This document shows positions 17,892 to 25,792 of a DNA stretch of 32,000 bases, piece by piece; within the stretch, counting starts at the first letter, position 1, and every line of letters starts with the position of its first letter. Position numbers and translations under genes: made by a program. The stretch is from Longivirga aurantiaca. GTDB lineage: Bacteria; Actinomycetota; Actinomycetes; S36-B12; CAIYMF01. The DNA is taken from NCBI RefSeq assembly GCF_042660085.1, contig NZ_JBHSTI010000008.1, positions 1,050,001-1,082,000 on the forward strand. Reading direction: 5' to 3'. The notes under the pieces were generated by a model, which saw only the letters and a program-made list of their open reading frames with translations, was not told the DNA's origin and searched no databases.

Positions 17892-20800
17892 ATGGCATTG
17901 AGTAACCGCGATCGAGTTGGTCGCGGCTTTGAGCTCCTAGCCGAAGGGCTTGAGCCTTTCGTCGACCCCCGCATGTCGCGTGCCGCTGGGACTGTGGGCG
18001 AAGACTGGGCGAAGTTGCTGGAGGCTCGTGACGCTGCCAAGCATGGGTCTCGCAAGGTTTACGAGAAGAGCGACCCGCAGGTGCTGTTGCGCGTACTCAC
18101 GGAGGAGTGGCGGGTCTTCAAGGACGAGCTCTCGAGGGCGGATCAGACTTTCGCATCCGAGCTGCGGGCGACGCGAAACGACTGGGCCCACAACAAGCCC
18201 TTCTCCGGTGATGACACCTATCGTGCTCTGGACACGATGGAGCGTCTGCTGACGGCGGTCGGAGCGGTGTCGCAGGCGGATGAAGTTCGTCGGATCCGCG
18301 CTGACCACCAACGCTCCACGTTCGAGGCGGAGACGAAGCGGCTGGTGCGGTCGCAAGAGGCGACCGTGTCGGTGGCAGGGCAGGGGCTCAAGCCGTGGCG
18401 GGAGGTGCTGGCACCTCACGCTGACGTTGCGACGGGCAACTTCTCTGCCTCAGAGTTCGCCGCCGACCTGCACATGGTGGCTTTCGCAACGGGTGACCAG
18501 ACCGTCGGCGAAGAGTATGCCGACCCGCACCAGTTCTTCCGCCGAACCTTCTTGACCGAGGGCCTGCGCGAGCTGCTGGACCGCGCAGTCAGACGCATGA
18601 GTGGTGATGCCAATGCCAGCCCCATCATCAACCTGCAGACCAACTTCGGTGGCGGTAAGACCCACTCAATGCTTGCGTTGTGGCACCTCCTCTCCGGAGC
18701 ACAGGTCGGGTCGCTGACCCAGGAGGTACAGGATCTCGTTGCAGACCGTGCCTTGCCGCCGTCGGTGCGCCGGGTCGCGCTAGTCGGCACTCACATGTCT
18801 CCCGGAGCACCGACCATCAAGGCGGATGGCACGGAGGTGCGCACGCTCTGGGGCGAGCTGGCCTGGCAGCTGGGTGGTGCCGAAGCCTTCGCACTCGTCG
18901 CCGAGGCCGACGCAACGAGCACCAATCCAGGTGACGCGCTCCGGCAGCTGATCGCGTCGTACTCGCCGTGCCTGATCCTCATTGACGAATGGGTGGCCTA
19001 CGCCCGGCAGTTGTGGGGCCGGGAAGACCTACCGGCTGGCACGTTCGACACCCAGTTCACCTTCGCGCAGTCGCTGACCGAGGTAGTCAAGACGGTGCCC
19101 GGCGCCATGCTGGTTATCTCGATCCCCGCATCTCACGACCCCGACCGCGATAGCGGATCGAGTGGTTCAGCCATCGAGGTCGGCGGTCCGAACGGCCAGG
19201 AAGCCCTGCAGCGTCTGCAGAACGTGGTTCGTCGCGTCGCTGATCAATGGCGGCCGGCCAGCTCGCAGGAGTCGTTCGAGATCGTCCGCCGGCGCCTGTT
19301 CCAGGAACCGGATGCCCAGGCGCAGTCCGACATCAGCGCTGTGGCCCGGCAGTTCACCCAGTTCTACGCCCGGCACCCGGGGGAGTTCCCGCGCGAGGTC
19401 GTTGACCCGGCGTATGAGCAGCGGATCAAGGCTGCCTACCCTCTTCACCCGGAGCTGTTCGACCGGCTGTACGAGGACTGGTCGACCCTGGAGCGGTTCC
19501 AGCGCACCCGCGGAGTTCTGCGGCTGATGAGCTCGGTTGTACACGCTCTGTGGGTAGCTCAGGACGCGTCGCCGATGGTTCTTCCGGGAACTGTGCCGCT
19601 CGACGTGCCGACGGTGACGAGCGAGATCACGCAGTACCTGCCGGACTCGTGGAAGCCGATCATCGACACGGACATCGACGGGGCAGGATCGACTCCGGCG
19701 AAGATCGATGCCGAACGTCCGACGTTCGGCCAGCGGGCGCTGACCAGGCGTCTGGCGCGTGCGATCTTCATTGGTTCAGCACCTACGCTTCGCTCGGCTC
19801 ACCGAGGTGTGGAGCGGCAGCGGATCTGGCTGGGCACGGCGGTCCCTGGCGACACCGTCGGCAACTTCGGTTCAGCGATCGACTTGCTCTCGCAGCGGGC
19901 GACGTACCTCTATGTCGAAGGTGCCAGGTTCTGGTACGACACCCAGGCGTCGGTGACGCGCACTGCCGCTGACTACGCGGACGGTCTGCGCGATCGACCC
20001 GAAGAGGTGTGGAAGGAGATCGTGGATCGCCTCCGGGCGAGCGAGGCGAGGTACCGCGGCGGCTTCGCGGGCGTTCACGTGGCCCCGGACTCGACCGCAG
20101 AGATCCCAGACAGCGAAGACGTCCGCCTGGTCGTGCTGCATCCTTCGCAGCCCCACTCTCGGGGCTCTGGCGACTCGCCGGCGATGCTGTTCGCCACCGA
20201 CGCTTTCGAGCACCGGGGGACGAGCCAGCGCACGAACCGCAACATGCTGGTGTTCTTGGCACCGGACTCCAAGCGCCTTGACGAACTGCAGGAGGCTGCT
20301 CGCGACTACCTCGCGTGGTCCTGGGTGGCCGACAGGCAGGAGGAGCTCAACCTCTCGCCTCAGCAGGTCAAGCAGGTCGAGGCAAACAGCAAGCGGTCAG
20401 ATGAGGCCGTGACTGCTCGGATTGCCCAGGCCTATCACTGGGCCTTGGTACCCGAGCAGTCCGATCCCACGCGGCCGGCCACTATCGCGGTCGAGAAGGC
20501 GGACGGCGCGAACGAGCGTCTCGCCGAGCGGGTGACGGAGAAGCTGAACCGGTTGGCGCTGCTCGCCGGCTCAGTCGCGGCCCGAACGATCCGTCTCGAC
20601 CTCGATCAGAAGCTCAAGACGGTGTGGGATCGCGGGCACCTCTCTGTCGGCGACCTGTGGTCGTACTACTGCCGGTATCCCTACCTCACACGCCTTCGCG
20701 ATCGCACGGTTCTCGACGAAGGCGTTCGGTCGACACTGACCTGGATGACGTGGGAGACCGAGGGGTTTGCGCTCGCGGACTCGTACGACGAAGCGAGTGG

Positions 20801-21233
20801 TCGCTACATCGGGTTGGTCCTGCCGGGCGGCGACTCCTACTTCGGGCAGATCACCGACTCCACCTTGCTCGTCTCCCCAGAGGTGGCGGCGCGGCAGCTC
20901 GAGGAGATCGTGCCGCCTCAGCCGGCTCCGGTGGATCCGAACGATCCCGACGACCCGAACCCTGTCGTACCGACACCCCCCGTTCCTCCCGTGGCGTCGA
21001 ACACCCGCTTCTTCGGTGTGTTCTCGGTTGATCCGGAGCGGTACGGGCGTGACTTCACGAGACTCAGCCAGGAGGTCTTGCAGCAGCTCACTGCGGTTGA
21101 CGGTGTGGAGCTGGAGATCCAGGTGGAGATTCATGCCAGGCGTGCTGACGGGTTCCCGGACGACAAGGTGAGGACGGTTCTGGAGAACGCTCGGACCCTG
21201 CGCTTCGATCAATCGTCGTTCGAGGACCAGTAG
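17892..21233 (+). CDS. DUF499-type P-loop ATPase with N-terminal Swt1/HEPN-like domain
   Basis: RVGRGFELLAEGLEPFVDPRM...RATRNDWAHNKPFSGDDTYRALDTMERLLTAVG; Walker A NFGGGKTHSMLALWHLL; Walker B PCLILIDEWVAY. Confidence 0.9.
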   Translation: MALSNRDRVGRGFELLAEGLEPFVDPRMSRAAGTVGEDWAKLLEARDAAKHGSRKVYEKSDPQVLLRVLTEEWRVFKDELSRADQTFASELRATRNDWAHNKPFSGDDTYRALDTMERLLTAVGAVSQADEVRRIRADHQRSTFEAETKRLVRSQEATVSVAGQGLKPWREVLAPHADVATGNFSASEFAADLHMVAFATGDQTVGEEYADPHQFFRRTFLTEGLRELLDRAVRRMSGDANASPIINLQTNFGGGKTHSMLALWHLLSGAQVGSLTQEVQDLVADRALPPSVRRVALVGTHMSPGAPTIKADGTEVRTLWGELAWQLGGAEAFALVAEADATSTNPGDALRQLIASYSPCLILIDEWVAYARQLWGREDLPAGTFDTQFTFAQSLTEVVKTVPGAMLVISIPASHDPDRDSGSSGSAIEVGGPNGQEALQRLQNVVRRVADQWRPASSQESFEIVRRRLFQEPDAQAQSDISAVARQFTQFYARHPGEFPREVVDPAYEQRIKAAYPLHPELFDRLYEDWSTLERFQRTRGVLRLMSSVVHALWVAQDASPMVLPGTVPLDVPTVTSEITQYLPDSWKPIIDTDIDGAGSTPAKIDAERPTFGQRALTRRLARAIFIGSAPTLRSAHRGVERQRIWLGTAVPGDTVGNFGSAIDLLSQRATYLYVEGARFWYDTQASVTRTAADYADGLRDRPEEVWKEIVDRLRASEARYRGGFAGVHVAPDSTAEIPDSEDVRLVVLHPSQPHSRGSGDSPAMLFATDAFEHRGTSQRTNRNMLVFLAPDSKRLDELQEAARDYLAWSWVADRQEELNLSPQQVKQVEANSKRSDEAVTARIAQAYHWALVPEQSDPTRPATIAVEKADGANERLAERVTEKLNRLALLAGSVAARTIRLDLDQKLKTVWDRGHLSVGDLWSYYCRYPYLTRLRDRTVLDEGVRSTLTWMTWETEGFALADSYDEASGRYIGLVLPGGDSYFGQITDSTLLVSPEVAARQLEEIVPPQPAPVDPNDPDDPNPVVPTPPVPPVASNTRFFGVFSVDPERYGRDFTRLSQEVLQQLTAVDGVELEIQVEIHARRADGFPDDKVRTVLENARTLRFDQSSFEDQ

Positions 21234-21238
21234 GCGCG

Positions 21239-23416
21239 TTGCCCGAGAACGCGGTAACGCGCGAGGAGCTCAGGTCGCTCCTGGCGCGCGCACAGATGCT
21301 TGCCGCTCAGGCGGAGTCGATCACGTCCACCAGTGCGGGGTCCTCTCGCGAAGTCGCGGACGGCTATCGGGCTGTCGTCGCACGCATGGTGGCTCGTGAG
21401 CTCGGCTCGATACCTGTGGCGAGACTCAGGGATGTCACGGAGGGTCGGCTGCGTCTGGGGCCGATCGAGTCGCGCTACAAGACGGTCGCTCAGCTGCAGA
21501 ATGTGTCCGCCTACACCCTCATGCAACTTCCTGGCGTCGGCGAGGCTACTGCTAGTCAGGTTGTAGCGGCCGTCCACACGGTGGCTCGCACGGTGGAGGA
21601 CGGGTTCCGGCTGCGCATCGACCTGGACGCGAGCGACCCAGTCACGACCGATCTGTTGCGTTCGACGTGGCGCTACGACTCGGTGACGCGGGCGGTGGCC
21701 CCGGTTAGGGAGCCGGCCGGGCGGATGAGCAACGAACTCGAACGTCTCGCCGTCGAGGCGAAGCCGGCTGGCTACGGCGCACTGCGCAGCTTGTTCACCA
21801 GCCGTGCGAAGAAGGACGGCGCCCGCGCCGCGGTGGAGCGCATCGAGCAGTGGATGCGGTGGAGCGACAGCCCTGCTAACGCAGCCGCGTGGACAGGAGC
21901 CATTGCCGCGATCCAGGCTCCGACACCTTCGGCTGCCGACGCTTGGAGAGCCTTCGAGACGCGATCGCCGGAGTTCTACGGCGCCTTGGGTGAGGTGGTC
22001 GATCTCCGGCTCGACGTCGGCTCGGCACAGGGCTTCTTGCCAGCGGAGATCGTCGCGAAGGTGGAGGAGCAGCTGCTCGATACGTCGATGCTCAAGGTGA
22101 GTCTGCGCGGCTACCAGTCGTTCGGCGCGCGCTTCGCGCTGGTCCAGAGGAAGGTGATCATCGGCGACGAGATGGGTCTCGGCAAGACGATCCAGGCGCT
22201 GGCCGTCATGACGCATCTTGCTTCGTCCGGCAAGGCGCACTTCCTCGTCGTGTGCCCTGCCAGCGTCCTGGTGAACTGGATCCGCGAGATCCGTACCCGA
22301 TCCGATCTTCAGGCCTACCAGTTGCATGGCCCGGACACGGCGCGTCAGCAGGGCCTGTGGACGCAGCGAGGTGGCGTGGCGGTCACCACGTTCGAGGGCC
22401 TGCGGCGGCTGTCGCTGCGTGAAGTTCCCCTGCTGGTCGTCGATGAGGCCCACTTCGTGAAGAACCCGACGGCGCAGCGCTCCCAGCTGGTCGCCTCCTG
22501 GATCGCGGGCGCAGAGCGAACGCTGTTCCTGACCGGTACTCCGATGGAGAACCGGGTCGAGGAGTTCCAGAACCTCGTCCGCTACCTGCAACCTCAAGTC
22601 GCGAACAGGGTGAATCCGTCGCACGGGCTGGCGGGAGCTGACGCCTTCCGCCGGGCGGTCGCGCCGGTCTACTTGCGCCGCAATCAGGACGACGTGCTCA
22701 TGGAGCTCCCCGACCTGATGTCGGTGGAGGAATGGGAGTCCTTCGGGCCGTCGGAAGCTGCTTCCTACCGGGATGCCGTCATGGGTGGCAACTTCATGGC
22801 GATGCGCCGAGCTGCCTTCGACGCGGTGCCGGTCACCGCGGCGACCAAGATGGCACGGCTGCTCGAGCTGTGCGACGAAGCGGCCGCGAACGGGCACAAG
22901 GTCCTCGTCTTCTCCTTCTTCCGCGACGTGCTGGACAAGGTGGCCGAGTCACTCGGGTCGCGAGCGCACGGACCATTGACGGGGAGCGTGCCGGCGGCGA
23001 AGCGCCAGGCGGTTGTCGATGGTTTCACCGCGGCCTCATCGGATGCGGTCCTTGTCGCGCAGATCCAGGCCGGTGGAGTCGGGCTCAACGTCCAGGCAGC
23101 GAACATCGTGATTCTGTGCGAGCCGCAAGTGAAGCCCTCGGCGGAGGCGCAAGCCATCGCGCGCGCGCACCGCATGGGTCAGGTCAGGAAGGTCCAGGTG
23201 CACCGTCTCCTTGTCGAGAACAGCGTCGACCAGCGAATGCTGGAGATCCTCGGAGCGAAGCAGGCGTTGTTCGACGAGTACGCGGCCAAGAGCGATCTGG
23301 CATCCGCCACCCCCGACGCGGTCGACATCTCCGAGACCGAGCTCGCGAAGACCATCGTCGCGGCAGAGCAGGAGCGCCTTGCTCGCGAGCTCATGGAGCA
23401 GCAGGCTTTGCAGTGA
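21239..23416 (+). CDS. SNF2-family helicase with N-terminal helix-hairpin-helix
   Basis: TTG start; HhH-like NVSAYTLMQLPGVGEATASQVVAAVHTVA; IGDEMGLGKTIQALAVMTHL; LLVVDEAHFVKNP; LTGTPMENRVEEF; QAGGVGLNVQAANIVILCEPQVKPSAEAQAIARAHRMGQVRKVQVHRLLVENSVDQRMLEIL. Confidence 0.92.
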   Translation: MPENAVTREELRSLLARAQMLAAQAESITSTSAGSSREVADGYRAVVARMVARELGSIPVARLRDVTEGRLRLGPIESRYKTVAQLQNVSAYTLMQLPGVGEATASQVVAAVHTVARTVEDGFRLRIDLDASDPVTTDLLRSTWRYDSVTRAVAPVREPAGRMSNELERLAVEAKPAGYGALRSLFTSRAKKDGARAAVERIEQWMRWSDSPANAAAWTGAIAAIQAPTPSAADAWRAFETRSPEFYGALGEVVDLRLDVGSAQGFLPAEIVAKVEEQLLDTSMLKVSLRGYQSFGARFALVQRKVIIGDEMGLGKTIQALAVMTHLASSGKAHFLVVCPASVLVNWIREIRTRSDLQAYQLHGPDTARQQGLWTQRGGVAVTTFEGLRRLSLREVPLLVVDEAHFVKNPTAQRSQLVASWIAGAERTLFLTGTPMENRVEEFQNLVRYLQPQVANRVNPSHGLAGADAFRRAVAPVYLRRNQDDVLMELPDLMSVEEWESFGPSEAASYRDAVMGGNFMAMRRAAFDAVPVTAATKMARLLELCDEAAANGHKVLVFSFFRDVLDKVAESLGSRAHGPLTGSVPAAKRQAVVDGFTAASSDAVLVAQIQAGGVGLNVQAANIVILCEPQVKPSAEAQAIARAHRMGQVRKVQVHRLLVENSVDQRMLEILGAKQALFDEYAAKSDLASATPDAVDISETELAKTIVAAEQERLARELMEQQALQ

Positions 23417-23425
23417 CCCGCCGCA

Positions 23426-23848
23426 CTAGGGCGTCAAGTCTGCGTTGGCGGCTTTGGTCAGCCTGATGGGTCGTCCGCCCGCGACGGTGACTAGGCCTCG
23501 CCGGACCAGCGCCGGAAGAACCAGTTCACGATCAGGGCCGGACAGTGAACGGCGCACGTCCTCTCCGAGTTGTATCCGCCGCAGAAGCCGAGCCTGAGCC
23601 GTGGTGAGCTCCGAGGCTTCCGGCTCGTCCGCAGTGCCCGCGATCGTCACCTCAGCAAGCAGGTCCCGGGGGTGAACTCCCAACGCTTCGCACATGTGGG
23701 CGAGGTGTCGCAGCGTCAGGTTTCCGTCATCCCCGCCAGCTTCGATGCGCCGGATGACCTGGAAGTTGACGCCTGTGAAGTACGCGAGCCGGCGCTGTGA
23801 GAGTCCCCGCTCGGTGCGCAGCCGGGCCACCAGTTCCGCGTTGATCAT
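23426..23848 (-). CDS. XRE-family HTH protein with C-terminal extension
   Basis: LVARLRTERGLSQRRLAYFTGVNFQVIRRIEAGGDDGNLTLRHLAHMCEALGVHPRDLL; C-terminal LTTAQARLLRRIQLGEDVRRSLSGPDRELVLPALVRRGLVTVAGGRPIRLT winged-HTH-like. Confidence 0.85.
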   Translation of the reverse strand: MINAELVARLRTERGLSQRRLAYFTGVNFQVIRRIEAGGDDGNLTLRHLAHMCEALGVHPRDLLAEVTIAGTADEPEASELTTAQARLLRRIQLGEDVRRSLSGPDRELVLPALVRRGLVTVAGGRPIRLTKAANADLTP

Positions 23849-25011
23849 GGGAGCGCCGTGGCCGTGATGCCGAGGCGTGAAAGCCAGCGGCGGGGATGGA
23901 CGTGCCGATCAGCCCTGCGGCCGTGGACGCAGATCCCGAAGTCGAGGGACGCTTGGTTGAGGGCTGTGGACACGGCTCGGTCGCTGAGTGGGAGCAACTT
24001 GTCCTTGCCCTCGGCCCCCGATCGTCGGCGCAGGTCGGTCTGGGCCTTGGCGGCGCGCGCGGTGTTGTCGAGAAGGGGCACCGTGCGATGGGCGCCCAGC
24101 CGAAGGCCGTCGGGAGCCACATCGTCAAGGGTGAGGGCGAGCATCTGGAGGATCCCTACCTGCTGGGCGGCCAGGGCTACGACGATGGCGCGGTGAGGTT
24201 GCCGGTAGCCGACGAGGTCCTCGTCGATCGTGATCGGGTCGACCAGCTGGCGTTCGCTGCTGCACAGCAGTACCGGCGTGTCGGTCTTCAAGTAGATGTC
24301 GTGGTGCCAGGCGGCAAGCTGGAGCGCGCGGATACCGATCACGAGTGCGTCGTCGTGTGGCGCGGTTCCGGTGACCCATTCGACGAGGTTGGCGAGGACG
24401 TCGATGGTGGCGCCGTCTCGGTCTAGCGTGTCGTCGCAGTGCGCCCAGGTATGGCCGAAGTGCGCTTCGACCGCTCGATAGGTCTCTGAGTCTGTGCTCG
24501 CCTCGAGGGTTGTACGGAATCGGTCGAACGGGATACGCGATGCGTCATCGAGCCCGAAGCCCAGGCGTACGCCCGTGGCAGGTTGGCGCATGCTGGGTTG
24601 CGGGACGTCGGAGTAGCGCATGGGGTGCGCCTTCGCTCGCGCGAGGATCCGCTCGAAGTTGTCCGAACGGGGTGGCCGGTGGAGGAGCCAGAGCGGTAGG
24701 GACGCGGCCTTGGCGAGGGCGACGAGATGCCCGAGGGTGAGCCTGGTGAGGTTCTGTGCATCCAGTGCCACGAGGGCAGAGATGTCGTAGGCGTCGAGCC
24801 AGGCCAGCGCGAGGGCGACGTCCTGGTTCTCGTTGCGGCCCTTCCCCGCGACGTCCCGGCGCTTGCCCAGCGCGGACAGCATGTCGCCAGCGATGACGGC
24901 GGACCGTTTGAGGTTGGGTCGGATGTCGAACCACAACGCTGCCCCCGGGCTGGGGAGCCCGAGGGGCAGCGCGGTGGCGACGCCGGTCACGTCGACATGG
25001 TGGGTAGCCAC
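23845..25011 (-). CDS. Hypothetical protein (388 aa) in the transposase-type operon; no family recognised
   Basis: GTG start; 4-bp overlap with the XRE gene; 1-nt gap after the AAA gene stop. No Cys/His zinc pattern typical of TniQ seen. Confidence 0.8.
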   Translation of the reverse strand: MATHHVDVTGVATALPLGLPSPGAALWFDIRPNLKRSAVIAGDMLSALGKRRDVAGKGRNENQDVALALAWLDAYDISALVALDAQNLTRLTLGHLVALAKAASLPLWLLHRPPRSDNFERILARAKAHPMRYSDVPQPSMRQPATGVRLGFGLDDASRIPFDRFRTTLEASTDSETYRAVEAHFGHTWAHCDDTLDRDGATIDVLANLVEWVTGTAPHDDALVIGIRALQLAAWHHDIYLKTDTPVLLCSSERQLVDPITIDEDLVGYRQPHRAIVVALAAQQVGILQMLALTLDDVAPDGLRLGAHRTVPLLDNTARAAKAQTDLRRRSGAEGKDKLLPLSDRAVSTALNQASLDFGICVHGRRADRHVHPRRWLSRLGITATALP

Positions 25012-25012
25012 G

Positions 25013-25792
25013 TCACTTCTTCGGCTTGGGCCTGGGGTATGGGGGCATCAGCGCGGTGGCGGCCCTGGCCAGCGACAGGTCGATCTCAGGAGGAGTGGCG
25101 TCGGGGTCGAGGGCGTGGGTGAGTTCGAGGGTGTGCTGGAGGAAGATCCCCCAGCGGCGGAGGAGCCCGAAGCAGTAGTCCTGATCGATGAGCTTGAGCA
25201 GCTTCGGATCGCTGATGCCGAAGCTGGCGTGCATTCCACGCAGTGCGCGGATCAGGTCATCACCCTTGAGGGCCTGTACGTCGACGGTGGCGATGATGTC
25301 GCCGCGAAGTCGGGCGCTGGTGGTGCTGGCCCGGTCTAGGTCGTCGGAACCGAGCAGGACCAGGGACCAGTTGGCTCCGGGTCGTGCGTGCAGGTACTGC
25401 AGCTGGCTTGCGGCCTTGGTGGTCAGTTCCTGAGCCTGATCGATGACGAGGATGCTCGACTCGTGCCCGAGGGCGTCCACGAGGTCATCCTGCATGTCGC
25501 GGAGTTCGTACTCGTCGCGGTCCCCGAGAACCGCGTCGATGAGGACGGCCATGAGCTTGTTCTCCGACGGGGCGGGCGGCATCGCGACGAAGCTGTATGG
25601 GTGCTGCTGGTCGCTCAGCGCGGCCGCCAGGGCGATGCGCTTGCCGGCGCCCCGTGGCCCGGCGACGACCATGGTGCCGCCGTGGCGAGCGGTGAACCCG
25701 AGGCGTGCTCGGATCTCGGTTGTGGCCGGATGCGGTACGACCGTCGCCACGCCTCGAAGACCGACGGGGAGGTACCGGTCGAGGGCGTTCAT
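25013..25792 (-). CDS. AAA/TnsC-MuB-like ATPase family protein with degenerate Walker motifs
   Basis: GGTMVVAGPRGAGKRIALAAAL (Walker A-like) and SSILVIDQAQELTTKAASQLQYLHA (Walker B-like); LRGMHASFGISDPKLLKLID; overlaps transposase gene by 4 bp. Confidence 0.85.
   Translation of the reverse strand: MNALDRYLPVGLRGVATVVPHPATTEIRARLGFTARHGGTMVVAGPRGAGKRIALAAALSDQQHPYSFVAMPPAPSENKLMAVLIDAVLGDRDEYELRDMQDDLVDALGHESSILVIDQAQELTTKAASQLQYLHARPGANWSLVLLGSDDLDRASTTSARLRGDIIATVDVQALKGDDLIRALRGMHASFGISDPKLLKLIDQDYCFGLLRRWGIFLQHTLELTHALDPDATPPEIDLSLARAATALMPPYPRPKPKK

Noticed and set aside
11490-23416. Call as DISARM or BREX
   Set aside because: The first helicase and methylase resemble DISARM-type components, but I see no DUF1998 pair (DrmA/DrmB) or PLD protein, and no PglZ, BrxC/BrxL or Lon-like protein for BREX.
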